Counted from the first letter of the stretch, positions 48,513 to 59,278 are shown. The stretch: DNA of 64,000 bases from Candidatus Omnitrophota bacterium (GCA_021735655.1 JAIPGM010000005.1:1-64000), one strand, 5' to 3'. Notes: a model not told the origin generated them from the sequence alone. A program made the numbers and translations.

Positions 48513-49690
48513 TTATTTCCCTAAGTTAATCGCTCTGACCTTTACAACACCTTCAATCTTAGAAAGAGCTTTTATAGTCTCCTCCTTAGGTTCATCTGAA
48601 GCATCGATAATCGTACAAGCATAGCCGGCTTTACTCTTATTTAACATCTCAACGATATTAATATTGGCTTTAGCTAAAATCGTTGAAACCTGACCAACCA
48701 TATTCGGAATATCTTTATTCATAACTATCAACCGGTGACTAGAATTTTGCTCTAATTTACAGTCAGGAAAATTAACTGAATTCTTAATAACCCCCCGCTC
48801 AATGAAATTACGCAACTGCTTAACAACCATTACTGCGCAATTAGTTTCGGCCTCTTGGGTTGAAGCACCAAGATGAGGTATGGCTATTACCTTATCCATG
48901 TTAAGTAGTTCATCATCAGGAAAATCAGTTACATATCTCTCAACTATACCGTCTTTGATTGCTTTAGCTAAATCATCATTGTTTACTATTCCACCACGGG
49001 AAAGATTTAAAATCCTGACACCTTTTTTCATCCGAGAAAACTTCTCACTATCAACCATTCCTTTAGTTGCATCAGTCAAAGGCGTGTGCAGCGAAATATA
49101 ATCTGCTTCAGCCATAAGTGCATCTAAACCATTAGCTCGTTTTACCTGTCTTGAAAGACCCCAAGCCGACTCAACCGAGATAAACGGATCATAGCCAACA
49201 ACCTCCATACCCAAATCTAAAGCAGCATTGGCCACCATAACCCCGATTTTACCTAAGCCAACAATACCGAGAGTTTTGCCCATAATCTCAAAACCGGCAA
49301 AATCTTTCTTATTCTTTTCTACCGAGGTCGGAACTTCAGTTCCCTTTCCCTTAAGTGATTCAGAAAAGGCAATACCCTTAGAGATATCCCTTGAAGCTAG
49401 CAGCAATCCGGCTATAGTCAACTCTTTTACGGCGTTAGCATTGGCTCCCGGAGTATTAAAAACAACCACCCCTCTTTCTGAGCACTTATCAATCGAAATA
49501 TTGTTGGTTCCGGCTCCAGCCCGACCCACCGCAAGAAGAGATTTCGGTAACTCCATATCATGCATCTTAAAGCTTCGGAGGATTATTGCTTCGGGATTAG
49601 TAACTTCAGTACCAATCTCATATTGATCAAGCGGAAAAAGGGCTAAGCCCTCTGTTGAAATTTTATCTAGTTTCATTACCTTATACATCA
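48513..49690 (-). CDS. serA: D-3-phosphoglycerate dehydrogenase (with C-terminal ACT domain).
   Basis: 2-hydroxyacid dehydrogenase NAD-binding GxGxxG (GIVGLGKIG). ACT-like C-terminus. Start assigned to the MMYKVMKL ATG preceded by AAAGGAGGA; the longer ORF would overlap serC. Confidence 0.85.
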
Positions 49691-49707
49691 TATCCTCCTT
49701 TAGTTGC

Positions 49708-50790
49708 TTATCGGTTTGTTTTTTCGAATTCTTCCATAAGTTCAACAAGTTTTTTAACCCCTTCAACCGGCATGGCATTGTAAATACTAGCTCGCATGCC
49801 GCCGACAGTACGGTGTCCTTTCAAAGTCTTAAAACCTTTAGCTGAAGCCTCCTCGATGAATTTCGCATCTAGCTCCTTATTCCCGGTAACAAAAGGGACA
49901 TTCATCAAAGAACGGTTTTCTTTTTTAACCGGACTGCTGAAAAGTTTTGACTGATCTAAATAGCTATAGAGAATTTCTGCTTTTTCACGATTGAGCTTTT
50001 CGATTGCCGCCAGTCCTCCTTTTCCCTTAATCCAGGCAAAAACTAACCCGGCTATATAGATTGAATAGCAGGGCGGTGTATTGAACATCGAACCGGCGTC
50101 AAGATGAGTTTTGTAATTAAGCATCGCCGGAATACTGTCTGGAGCCTGGCCTACTAAATCTTCACGGATGATAACCAAGGTAACACCGGCTGGTCCGATA
50201 TTTTTCTGAGCTCCGGCAAAGATAACTCCAAATTTTGAAACATCAATTGGCTCAGACAAAATATTAGAAGACATATCGGCGATTAAAGGAACTGCCCCTG
50301 TATTAGGGATCTTTTCATAAACTGTTCCGTAAATCGTATTGTTAGTTGCGATATAGAAATAGTCAGCGTCTTTAGAAAAATCATCAGAATTAAGTTCCGG
50401 GATATAAGTAAAATTCTTATCTTCGGAACTGGCAACAACCTTAACCGCCCCCTGTTTCTTAGCTTCGGCTATTGCTTTCTTGGTCCATTGGCCGGTATGC
50501 ACATAGTCGGCTTTTTTATTTTTGACCATTAAGTTCAAGGGAATCATCGAGAACTGTAAACTTGCCCCGCCTTGCAAAAACAAAACCTTATAGTTATCCG
50601 GAATAGCCATGATTTCTCGTAGGGTAGCTTCGGCCGTCTCGATAATACCTTTAAACTCCTTGCCGCGATGAGAAAGTTCCATTACACTCATACCACTTCC
50701 TTGATAATTAAACATCTCTGCGGCAGCTTTCTTCAAAACTTCCTCTGGCAAAACTGCTGGTCCAGCACTAAAATTGTATACCCTCTCCAT
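49708..50790 (-). CDS. serC: Phosphoserine aminotransferase.
   Basis: MERVYNFSAGPAVLP... class V aminotransferase with PLP Lys context. Confidence 0.92.
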   Translation of the reverse strand: MERVYNFSAGPAVLPEEVLKKAAAEMFNYQGSGMSVMELSHRGKEFKGIIETAEATLREIMAIPDNYKVLFLQGGASLQFSMIPLNLMVKNKKADYVHTGQWTKKAIAEAKKQGAVKVVASSEDKNFTYIPELNSDDFSKDADYFYIATNNTIYGTVYEKIPNTGAVPLIADMSSNILSEPIDVSKFGVIFAGAQKNIGPAGVTLVIIREDLVGQAPDSIPAMLNYKTHLDAGSMFNTPPCYSIYIAGLVFAWIKGKGGLAAIEKLNREKAEILYSYLDQSKLFSSPVKKENRSLMNVPFVTGNKELDAKFIEEASAKGFKTLKGHRTVGGMRASIYNAMPVEGVKKLVELMEEFEKTNR

Positions 50791-50792
50791 GG

Positions 50793-51410
50793 TTACCCCC
50801 CTTTAAGTGATGCGGCAACAAACCGCAAAGCATTAGTAAAATCCATATCTAAATACATAATATTTTCTGGCACTATAATTTTAATCGCTGAAAAATTTAA
50901 AATACCACGCACCCCGGCTTTGATTAACTTATCGGCTACGGCCTGAGCTGAGCCTGCCGGAACAGCGATTATTGCCAACTCAATGTTTCGCTGTTTAATA
51001 ATACTTTCTAATTGGTTATCGCCAAAAACATCGATAGCAGTGCGAATTCTTTCAATCTTATTAATACTGCAATCAAACCCAGCCACAATTTCAAATCCAT
51101 CCTCCTGAAACTTTTCATAATCTAGGAGAGCGCTCCCGAGACGTCCCAAGCCAACAATACAGGCCTTGCGCTTCTGATTTAAATTAAGCTTACGCCCCAA
51201 CTCTTGCTTTAAACCGCTAACTTCGTAGCCTTTTCGAGTGTAACCGGTAAGGCCTAAAGAGCTAATATCTTTACGCACCGTATATTCAGTAGCACCAATA
51301 GCTTTAGCCAGATTCAGAGAAGATACAAAATCAACTCCTTGCTTTTCTAAGGTGTTTAAATATCCAAAAATCTTACAAATTCGCTCAAGACTATTATCTG
51401 ATAAACTCAT
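50793..51410 (-). CDS. rex: Redox-sensing transcriptional repressor Rex.
   Basis: 205 aa. N-terminal winged helix plus Rossmann NADH-binding domain (ACIVGLGRLGSAL). Confidence 0.85.
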   Translation of the reverse strand: MSLSDNSLERICKIFGYLNTLEKQGVDFVSSLNLAKAIGATEYTVRKDISSLGLTGYTRKGYEVSGLKQELGRKLNLNQKRKACIVGLGRLGSALLDYEKFQEDGFEIVAGFDCSINKIERIRTAIDVFGDNQLESIIKQRNIELAIIAVPAGSAQAVADKLIKAGVRGILNFSAIKIIVPENIMYLDMDFTNALRFVAASLKGG

Positions 51411-51431
51411 ATATGTTCCTTAACCTTATTT

Positions 51432-51448
51432 AAGTGAAATAATTCACT
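51432..51448. promoter_or_regulatory. Candidate Rex operator (GTGAA-N4-TTCAC inverted repeat) about 25 nt upstream of rex.
   Basis: aaGTGAAataaTTCACt resembles the Firmicute-type Rex box TTGTGAA-W4-TTCACAA. Confidence 0.5.
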
Positions 51449-51604
51449 ATTATAGCTAATTTATACCCTATATTACCCTGAATGTCAAGATATTTTATGG
51501 TATTTTTTAGGCTAACTAATAAATGTATATTTTTCAATCGATTATCAGTATGATTCCTATAATATTAGTGAAATTTTTCACCCCATTATCAAAAAAAGGG
51601 GCGA

Positions 51605-53011
51605 TTATTGCCGGCCAGACAAAAATACAGTTTCGTCTTTTGCCGGAATACTGACTTTAATATTGTGCTTTTTCAGGTTAGTTCTTAATACCTCAGACTG
51701 CTCTTCGTCACCATGAACAATAAAAACCTTCTTTAACTTACCTTGGCATTTTTTAACATATTCGACCAGACCATTTTTATCCGAATGTGAACTAAAAGCA
51801 TTTAAAGTAACTACTTCGGCATTTAATTTATAAGGATGACCAAAGATCTTAACTTCCGGGTTTCTTTCAACAATTCTTCGGCCTAAGGTATTTTTAGCCA
51901 TATAGCCAATTGCAATTATGGTGTTGTGTGGATTTTCAATATTGTTTTTTAAATGGTGAAGTATTCGACCATTTTCGCACATTCCGGAAGCTGATATTAT
52001 TATCATCGGGCTTTTCTTTTCATTAAGCTTCTTTGATTTGTTGACATCAGTTATATAGGTAATGCTGCCATAACCTAAAGGATCCTCTTCTCTTTGAAAA
52101 GCCTGCTGAGTGATATCATCGAAATACTGCCAATTTTCCCGAAATACTTTAGTCAAATTCACCGCCAGGGGACTATCAACATAAATTGGAATCTTTTTTA
52201 TCTTTTTACGCTTTATCAACTCACTGATAAAAAATACAATTAACTGTGTTCTTTCTAAAGCAAAAGAAGGGATGATAATTTTACCGCCCCGCTTAATCGT
52301 ACGATTTACAGCAGCAGCCAGCTCTTCCTCAGCATCTTCGATACTTGAGTGACTTCTCCCACCATAGGTACTTTCAATTATAAGGTAATCTATATCTTTG
52401 GGAACTTCCGGATTTCTAAGTAAGGGCATGCCATAGCGGCCTAGGTCTACGGCATAAGCTATGCGCATATTGCCATGAGTAGTTTTAATATCAAGGGTTG
52501 GTACAGTTGAACCAAGAATATGCCCGGCTTCAAAAAAAGTTAAATCTATCTCTCTGGCCAAAGGAAATTTTTGATGATATTCCAAAGATCTAATATATTT
52601 AAGTGACTTCTCAGCATCTTTTTTAGTATAAAGTGGTTCCCTTGGCGGGAGATGTTTACGACGGTTAATCTTATTTACATAACGAACATCTTCTTCCTGG
52701 ACATAACCACTATCAGCAAGCATGTAATGCAATAATTTCTTAGTGACCGGAGTAGCAAATACATGTGAACGATAGCCGTTTTTTATTAAAGTCGGGATAT
52801 TACCACAATGATCGATATGAGCGTGGGAGACCACGCAGGCCTTTAAGCTTTGTGGGTTAAAGGAAAACTTTGAATTAACTTGGTAGGTTTCATCCCGACG
52901 ACCATGGAAAAGGCCGCAATCAAGCAATATACTGGAATGATCTGTAGATACAAGATGCTGCGAGCCGGTAACTGTACGAGCTCCGCCGCAGAATTTAATC
53001 GTTACTGTCAA
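51605..53011 (-). CDS. MBL-fold beta-CASP family ribonuclease/hydrolase.
   Basis: HAHIDH metal-binding motif, beta-CASP and RNA-specificity-like C-terminal region; 468 aa. Confidence 0.8.
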   Translation of the reverse strand: MTVTIKFCGGARTVTGSQHLVSTDHSSILLDCGLFHGRRDETYQVNSKFSFNPQSLKACVVSHAHIDHCGNIPTLIKNGYRSHVFATPVTKKLLHYMLADSGYVQEEDVRYVNKINRRKHLPPREPLYTKKDAEKSLKYIRSLEYHQKFPLAREIDLTFFEAGHILGSTVPTLDIKTTHGNMRIAYAVDLGRYGMPLLRNPEVPKDIDYLIIESTYGGRSHSSIEDAEEELAAAVNRTIKRGGKIIIPSFALERTQLIVFFISELIKRKKIKKIPIYVDSPLAVNLTKVFRENWQYFDDITQQAFQREEDPLGYGSITYITDVNKSKKLNEKKSPMIIISASGMCENGRILHHLKNNIENPHNTIIAIGYMAKNTLGRRIVERNPEVKIFGHPYKLNAEVVTLNAFSSHSDKNGLVEYVKKCQGKLKKVFIVHGDEEQSEVLRTNLKKHNIKVSIPAKDETVFLSGRQ

Positions 53012-53126
53012 CTAATACTCCTGGTGTTTTCATATCTACGTAGGAAACTTTTATTCCATGATTAATTATACCCTAATAATGAGAAAACCTAAAGTAAAAA
53101 TAATTAGCGATTTCTTTGAATTAAAC

Positions 53127-53693
53127 TTACTTTAGATAAGCCTTGATGATTTTTTGCTCTTTTAACGGCTTACTGGCTGAATTAACCGCTGTGCCTTCTA
53201 TTTTTTGAACAACTTCATAACCGGAGATTACTTCGCCAAAAATTGTATGCTTCATGTTAAGCCAAGGAGTAGGAACCGTAGTAATAAAAAATTGACTTCC
53301 GTTACTATTGGGTCCGGAATTAGCCATCGCCAATAGACCCGGCTTATCAAATTTAAGAGTTGGAGTAAATTCATCCTCAAACGACGCACCCCAAATTGAG
53401 CGACCGCCCATGCCGGTACCAGTCGGGTCTCCGCCTTGAATCATGAAATCAGCCATCACCCTGTGAAATATTATTCCGTTATAATAACCCTGCTCAACCA
53501 GTCCGATGAAATTTTCACAAGCTTTCGGTGCCCGCTCCGGCATAAGTTTAAGCTCGATATTACCCTGATTTGTTTCTAGAACTACTATATTTTTTTCCAT
53601 AGCTTTAACCTCCCCAAAAATACTGCCGGTAAAAATACCAATTAATAAAAAAACAAATAACCTTTTCATAAACCCCCTCTCCTCCTTCAGCAA
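53127..53693 (-). CDS. ppiB: Cyclophilin-type peptidyl-prolyl cis-trans isomerase (secreted).
   Basis: Signal peptide plus cyclophilin motifs (FHRVMADFMIQGGDP). Confidence 0.9.
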   Translation of the reverse strand: MLKEERGFMKRLFVFLLIGIFTGSIFGEVKAMEKNIVVLETNQGNIELKLMPERAPKACENFIGLVEQGYYNGIIFHRVMADFMIQGGDPTGTGMGGRSIWGASFEDEFTPTLKFDKPGLLAMANSGPNSNGSQFFITTVPTPWLNMKHTIFGEVISGYEVVQKIEGTAVNSASKPLKEQKIIKAYLK

Positions 53694-53708
53694 TATTTCA
53701 ACCGATCC

Positions 53709-54878
53709 CTAAACCATTCTTATCGCTAGGGCCAAAGCACTGCCACCGCCTAGACAAGTAGCGGTTAAACCAATTTTTTTATTCTGAACCTTAAGCACAT
53801 TGATCAAAGTAACTAGCCCTCGGGCTCCGGAAACTCCCAAGGGATGACCCAAGGCAAGGGTTCCGCCAAAAACATTCAAACGTTGCTTATCCGCACCGCT
53901 TAAATTCATAGTCACTAAAGCTTGAACTGAAAAAGCCTCATTTATTTCAAATATATCCACGTCAGACAATTCAAGCGAGCTCAACTTAAGGCACTTTTTA
54001 ATCGCCAAGGCCGGAGCAGTAAAAACTAACTTTGCTTCAACAGCAACTGTAGCATATCCCAAAATATAAGCTAAAGGAGTAAGTTTATTTTCCTTAAGCC
54101 CCTTATCGGAAGAAAAAATCAAAGCCGCGGCTCCGTCTGCCGGGGCTGAAGAACTACCGGCAGTAACCGTACCGTTAGCTTCGAAAGCCGCAGGTAAATT
54201 GGATAATTTTTCTAAAGATAAGTTTTTTCTTGGCTTTTCATCGAGACTGAAAATCTTATCGTCATTTATAGAAATTGGTACAATTTCATTAGCAGATAGT
54301 CCTTGTTCTTGAGCATGGATCGCTTTGCGATGACTATCTAAAGTATAGATATCCTGATCCTCTCGGGATATATTAAACTCTTTAGCCGTATACTCAGCGA
54401 TTACTCCCATATGAGTATTGTTTAACTTACACCAAAGGCCGTCGTCAATTAAACTGTCACCTAAATCTTCCTTCTTGAATTCTCCTGACTTTTTATTTCG
54501 TGGCAAAATATATGGACATTGAGAAGCACTTTCCAAGCCTCCGGCAATAATTAAATCTGAATCTCGACAAAGTATAGCCTGACTTGCCAAAACTGCTGAT
54601 TTTAAACCCGAACCACAAACTTTGTTTATGGTAAAAGCCGGAGTTTCAACTGACAAACCGGCAGCAACTAAAGCCTGCCTAGCCGGATTCTGCCCTAAAC
54701 CGGTGCTTATGACATTCCCCATTATTACTTCATCTAGTGACGATTTATTTATCGAATTTTTTTCAACAATTTTTCTGATTACCGAACCGCCAAGTGAAAC
54801 CGCAGATAGCGTTTTCAAGCTCTGCCCCATGCCACCGATAGGAGTTCTTAAGCCATCTACTATAAATACCTTTTCCAT
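53709..54878 (-). CDS. Acetyl-CoA C-acetyltransferase (thiolase).
   Basis: Thiolase N- and C-domains with active-site Cys (NKVCGSG), GHPLG and CLGGG near the C-terminus. Confidence 0.92.
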   Translation of the reverse strand: MEKVFIVDGLRTPIGGMGQSLKTLSAVSLGGSVIRKIVEKNSINKSSLDEVIMGNVISTGLGQNPARQALVAAGLSVETPAFTINKVCGSGLKSAVLASQAILCRDSDLIIAGGLESASQCPYILPRNKKSGEFKKEDLGDSLIDDGLWCKLNNTHMGVIAEYTAKEFNISREDQDIYTLDSHRKAIHAQEQGLSANEIVPISINDDKIFSLDEKPRKNLSLEKLSNLPAAFEANGTVTAGSSSAPADGAAALIFSSDKGLKENKLTPLAYILGYATVAVEAKLVFTAPALAIKKCLKLSSLELSDVDIFEINEAFSVQALVTMNLSGADKQRLNVFGGTLALGHPLGVSGARGLVTLINVLKVQNKKIGLTATCLGGGSALALAIRMV

Positions 54879-54895
54879 ATCCTGAAATATCTCCT

Positions 54896-55996
54896 CTAGC
54901 GAGACTTCGATTTAATTAATTCAAGTATCCGACCTACATCAACATACTTATCAATCAAATCTTCAGTTTTTTTAATCTTAGGTTTATCTTCGGCCCGGAT
55001 CTTAAAAATCATATTGTTAATCCTTCTAGCTGTAGAAAAAGAATCTTCCTCAACCAAGATTAAAGGAATATTAGCCCGGTCAATCGCCTCAATTATCTTT
55101 TTGACTGGTTTTTTTCCATAAGTAGCTATGATCCCGGAGATGTGATATTTATCAGCCACACCCAAAACCCAGCCACTTAAGGCTGAAAATATGATATCTT
55201 CACGATTTCCAGGAACAATCAAAAGAGTTCCGCCGGAAAAATAATCTAAAGCCTGATGAGCAACCACATCTCCAATGACAAAACGCTCAACCACTCTACC
55301 GAGACCATTATGACCACAGATAAGCTTACCCTTAAAATCCTCAAGCAACTCCGAAATTGTAGGATTAGAAAGCACCTCTTCAAAAGGAATCACTCCCAAA
55401 ACCTCTACCCCTTTTCTGGTTAAGCCTTTGCGAATTAGACGGTTAATTTTTTTGTATTTACTTTTTTTAACCTTATTAATGATTACCCCTAAAACTTCTA
55501 CCCCTCGAAGATCGAATTCAGCCCGATTAAGCATAATTTCATCAATCGGCCGGCCAATACCACCACAGCTCACAATAATAACTTTGAGTTTAAGTAACTT
55601 TGCCACATCAGCATTAGACATGTCAAACACCGAACCCACGCCAGCATGGCCAGTTCCTTCAACTAACAAAAAATTACACGACTTCTTTAAGCGCTCATGG
55701 GAACTTTTAACTTTATTAGCCAAAACAGAACGTTTACCGTGCAAGATATATTCCTCGGTAAAACCTGGAGGGATAGCTATCGGACTCATATCCTGCAAAT
55801 TACCCTTAAAGCCAAATATCTGTTTCATAAGCACTGCGTCTTTATCTATCTTTTTACCGTCAACAATCCGATACTGCTGCCCAACCGGTTTCATATAGCC
55901 TAGGCGCTTAACCCGTTTTTTCAAAACTGAAAGAAGCCCCAATGAAACTATAGTCTTTCCGTCATTTTGCCTGGTAGCACCAATATAAATACTCAT
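54896..55996 (-). CDS. Standalone phosphotransacetylase N-terminal-like protein (P-loop-like plus DRTGG domain).
   Basis: 366 aa resembling the N-terminal regulatory region of long Pta proteins. No PTA_PTB catalytic domain. Confidence 0.55.
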   Translation of the reverse strand: MSIYIGATRQNDGKTIVSLGLLSVLKKRVKRLGYMKPVGQQYRIVDGKKIDKDAVLMKQIFGFKGNLQDMSPIAIPPGFTEEYILHGKRSVLANKVKSSHERLKKSCNFLLVEGTGHAGVGSVFDMSNADVAKLLKLKVIIVSCGGIGRPIDEIMLNRAEFDLRGVEVLGVIINKVKKSKYKKINRLIRKGLTRKGVEVLGVIPFEEVLSNPTISELLEDFKGKLICGHNGLGRVVERFVIGDVVAHQALDYFSGGTLLIVPGNREDIIFSALSGWVLGVADKYHISGIIATYGKKPVKKIIEAIDRANIPLILVEEDSFSTARRINNMIFKIRAEDKPKIKKTEDLIDKYVDVGRILELIKSKSR

Positions 55997-56064
55997 AAAT
56001 TATCACCTCTCTCTTCTAATCTGCTCCGGTAAAAAATATAAAAAATCGTCTTGCCAAAATCATC

Positions 56065-57279
56065 CTAACTTTTTTTCTCTAAGCTCTGCCACTTAGTTTT
56101 TAAATCATCTCTATTTATCGCTTCTAAAAGATAATTAGTAAATTCACCGGCAGTTGCACCATTATCACGACCGGTAATTTTAATTTTTTGTTCAAAGTTT
56201 CCGCAAATATCCAAAGCCATACTTACCTTCTCAGCCTGATCCTTAAAACCAATATGGTTTAAAAGCATTGAACTTGCCCGAATCATTGATGATGGATCAG
56301 CATACTTAGCCCGTCCCTCCTTAACCATTCGAGGAGCACTCCCATGGATAGCCTCAAACATTGCCCAAAATTTACCGATATTAGCACTACCGGCAGTCCC
56401 TACTCCGCCTTGAAGTTGAGCAGCTTCATCAGTTAAAATATCACCGTAAAGATTAGGTAATACCATAACTTGAAAGTCGCTGCGACGGGCCGGATCAAGT
56501 AGTTTAGCAGTCATAATATCAATATACCACTCATCAGAGCTTATGCCTTCGGCTTCATACTCTTTAGCAATAGCTTTAGCTACTTTTGAAAATCTACCAT
56601 CAGTAGTTTTAACTACATTTGATTTTGTAACTACAGTTACCCGTTTTAAATTATTTTTCCGGGCATATTCAAAAGCCATACGGATAATTCGCTCAGCCCC
56701 TTGTTCAGTAATAACCTTAAAATCAATACTTAGATCATCACCGACATTTACCCCGCTAGAACCTAGAATATAGGCGCCTTCAGTATTCTCACGAAAAAAA
56801 ATCCAATCAATACCTTGGGCCGGGACTTTAACCGGCCGAACATTAGCAAAAAGATCCAACTCCCGACGCATAGCAACATTAGCACTTTCAATATTCGGCC
56901 AAGAATCTCCGGCTTGCGGCGTGGTAGTCGGACCTTTTAAAATAACATGGCATTTTTTTATTTCCTTTAAAACGTCATCGGGAATTGCCTTCTTATGTTT
57001 TGCCCGGTTTTCAATAGTTAAACCTTCAATAGTTTTAAAAGCGACTTTTCCTTGCTCAAGCTCTTTAGCCAACATGGCCTCTAAAACCTTACGGGCATGT
57101 TTTGAAATTTCCAGGCCAATTCCATCTCCGGCACAAATACCGATAATTATCGGTTTCAAAGTTGCATAATCAATCCAATCTTTAGCCTGTTTCATTTCCT
57201 TAATCCGCAAAAGTTGTTCTCTAATCAATTGGTCAAATTTATTCTTTGCTTCCTCTATTAATTTAGACTCTTTAAACAT
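56065..57279 (-). CDS. Isocitrate/isopropylmalate dehydrogenase-family enzyme (probable isocitrate dehydrogenase) with ~45-aa N-terminal coiled-coil extension.
   Basis: IIGICAGDGIG, NLYGDILTD/A and related family motifs. Confidence 0.75.
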   Translation of the reverse strand: MFKESKLIEEAKNKFDQLIREQLLRIKEMKQAKDWIDYATLKPIIIGICAGDGIGLEISKHARKVLEAMLAKELEQGKVAFKTIEGLTIENRAKHKKAIPDDVLKEIKKCHVILKGPTTTPQAGDSWPNIESANVAMRRELDLFANVRPVKVPAQGIDWIFFRENTEGAYILGSSGVNVGDDLSIDFKVITEQGAERIIRMAFEYARKNNLKRVTVVTKSNVVKTTDGRFSKVAKAIAKEYEAEGISSDEWYIDIMTAKLLDPARRSDFQVMVLPNLYGDILTDEAAQLQGGVGTAGSANIGKFWAMFEAIHGSAPRMVKEGRAKYADPSSMIRASSMLLNHIGFKDQAEKVSMALDICGNFEQKIKITGRDNGATAGEFTNYLLEAINRDDLKTKWQSLEKKS

Positions 57280-57337
57280 CGCTTGCTCCTCGTTTATTAC
57301 ACTTTATCAAAAAAATTGAAAACCGGCTGAAATTTAT

Positions 57338-59278
57338 TCATTCAAAAAATAAGTTGTGCCAAATAGCAAAATTAAGCAAAGCCCAAATTTTAAAAGTATT
57401 ATTTCCGGCTCCGGAAAAATGTCGCTTTAGCAAACTTTGAACATATTCCACGTTAAAGTAACCCATTTTTTTCAGATTCGCCTCAGAAAGATAATCAGTA
57501 ACCATAGGCTTAGCTTCCTTTTTCATCCATGGACCCACTGGCACACTGAGCCCTTTTTTAGCATTAAATATAATTTTAGCAGGAAGTTTACCTTTCATAG
57601 CTTTTTTTAGGCAATATTTCGATTCCAACCTCCTGACTTTTAAATTAAACGGCATCGCCATTATAAAATCTATCAAAGAATTATCTAGAAACGGTGATCT
57701 TATTTTTAATCCGGTAGCTCTACTTGCACAATCAAACATCGGCTGCAGAAAGTTTGGAGAAAGTATGTTAAAATCAGCAGCTATAATCTTATTGAAATCA
57801 CTTATACCTTTTATACCGCTTAATTGTTTTTTATAGGCATCAAAAGAATCATGCGAAGCAACCCCTCGTAAATCATTGCTATAAAGCTTCTGCTTTTCCT
57901 GCTCGCTGAAACTCAAACGCCAAAAATAATGGGCTCGGGCAACATCATTATAACGAGTTCCAGTCATAAGGTGCCGGATTTTAAAACTTAGGCTAACCGG
58001 CCAATTAGAAATCGAAAATTTATCGGCAATCGTTGCGATACCTCTTTTTAATCCTTTGGGAACTAACCGACTGTAATGAAAATTTGCTATATCTGCCAAG
58101 TAAGTATTAAACCCGCCTAGCGTTTCATCCGAGCCAGATCCGCTAAAAGCCACTTCTAAATCGGTATTATTTTTGATATAGTCAGAAACCAAATAAGTTC
58201 CCAGTATGGCCGGATTAGCGGCTAGACTGTCCCGATGCCAAATAATCTTTGGCAGCAATTTACATGCTTCTGGTCCAACATCTACCCTAGTAGCATCAAT
58301 GTTTAAACTATCCGAAGCATCTAAAACAGTCTTAGCAGTGTTATACTTTTTAACCCTGAATGCTGCATAAAAAGCTCTTGGCTTAACTTTTCCAAAGCTA
58401 TCAGTCAAATATGCTAAGCTGCTAGAATCTACCCCTCCACTGAAAAGAAGGCCGATGGATTTTTCCTGATCCAACTGACGTACCGCTGATTCTTTCAACT
58501 TTTCATAGAACGAATCAAAATAATAAGAGTCAGATTTTGCCTCTTGTTTAACTTCTGAAGGCTTCCAATACTCTCTTAAGCTAACTTTTTTTCCCGAACA
58601 CAACAATAAATGCCCCGGAGGAAGTGTATTTACGTCTTTGACTAATGTCTTAGGATCAGGAACATAGTTGTAAGAAAAAAAATCATGTAATCCGGAATAA
58701 TCTAAATGCTTATTGAAATTAGGATCGGCTAATATGGCCTTAATCTCTGAGCCAAAACTAATTCCTCCAGATTGAATAGTATAAAATAAAGGTTTATTGC
58801 CGAACCTGTCCCTGGCCAGCAATAATGCTTTTGCTCTTTTATCCCAGATTGCCAAAGCAAATATTCCATTTAAATACTTTATGCAATCAGCTCCGTATTC
58901 TTCGTAAAGATGGATTATAACTTCTGCCCGGTGAGCTGTTTTTAAGATATGGCCTTTCTGTTCTAGATCCTGCCTTAATTCATTAAAGTTATAGAGCTCC
59001 CCTTCATAGACTAGTAGGAGATCTTTTTCTTTAGAAGTTAACCCTTTAGCTTTTTCTAAATCAGCTGTATTTTGAATCCCAGTGCATACGCAACCAGAAC
59101 ATCTAGTTTCTTTTTTGCTGCCACAACAATTCGTTATGAGGCCTAATCCGATATTATCATCAATAAATACATCTCGCTTGCTGGGACGATGTTTTAAAGT
59201 ATCGGCCATCTTGATGATCACACTTTGACTCACCTGCCGATCAGAATTAAACTCAAATTTTCCGCATATTCCACACAT
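57338..59278 (-). CDS. asnB: Asparagine synthetase (glutamine-hydrolysing).
   Basis: MCGI N-terminal Cys. AsnB synthetase domain SGGVDSS. About 25-aa Cys-rich insertion in the glutaminase domain. Confidence 0.9.
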   Translation of the reverse strand: MCGICGKFEFNSDRQVSQSVIIKMADTLKHRPSKRDVFIDDNIGLGLITNCCGSKKETRCSGCVCTGIQNTADLEKAKGLTSKEKDLLLVYEGELYNFNELRQDLEQKGHILKTAHRAEVIIHLYEEYGADCIKYLNGIFALAIWDKRAKALLLARDRFGNKPLFYTIQSGGISFGSEIKAILADPNFNKHLDYSGLHDFFSYNYVPDPKTLVKDVNTLPPGHLLLCSGKKVSLREYWKPSEVKQEAKSDSYYFDSFYEKLKESAVRQLDQEKSIGLLFSGGVDSSSLAYLTDSFGKVKPRAFYAAFRVKKYNTAKTVLDASDSLNIDATRVDVGPEACKLLPKIIWHRDSLAANPAILGTYLVSDYIKNNTDLEVAFSGSGSDETLGGFNTYLADIANFHYSRLVPKGLKRGIATIADKFSISNWPVSLSFKIRHLMTGTRYNDVARAHYFWRLSFSEQEKQKLYSNDLRGVASHDSFDAYKKQLSGIKGISDFNKIIAADFNILSPNFLQPMFDCASRATGLKIRSPFLDNSLIDFIMAMPFNLKVRRLESKYCLKKAMKGKLPAKIIFNAKKGLSVPVGPWMKKEAKPMVTDYLSEANLKKMGYFNVEYVQSLLKRHFSGAGNNTFKIWALLNFAIWHNLFFE

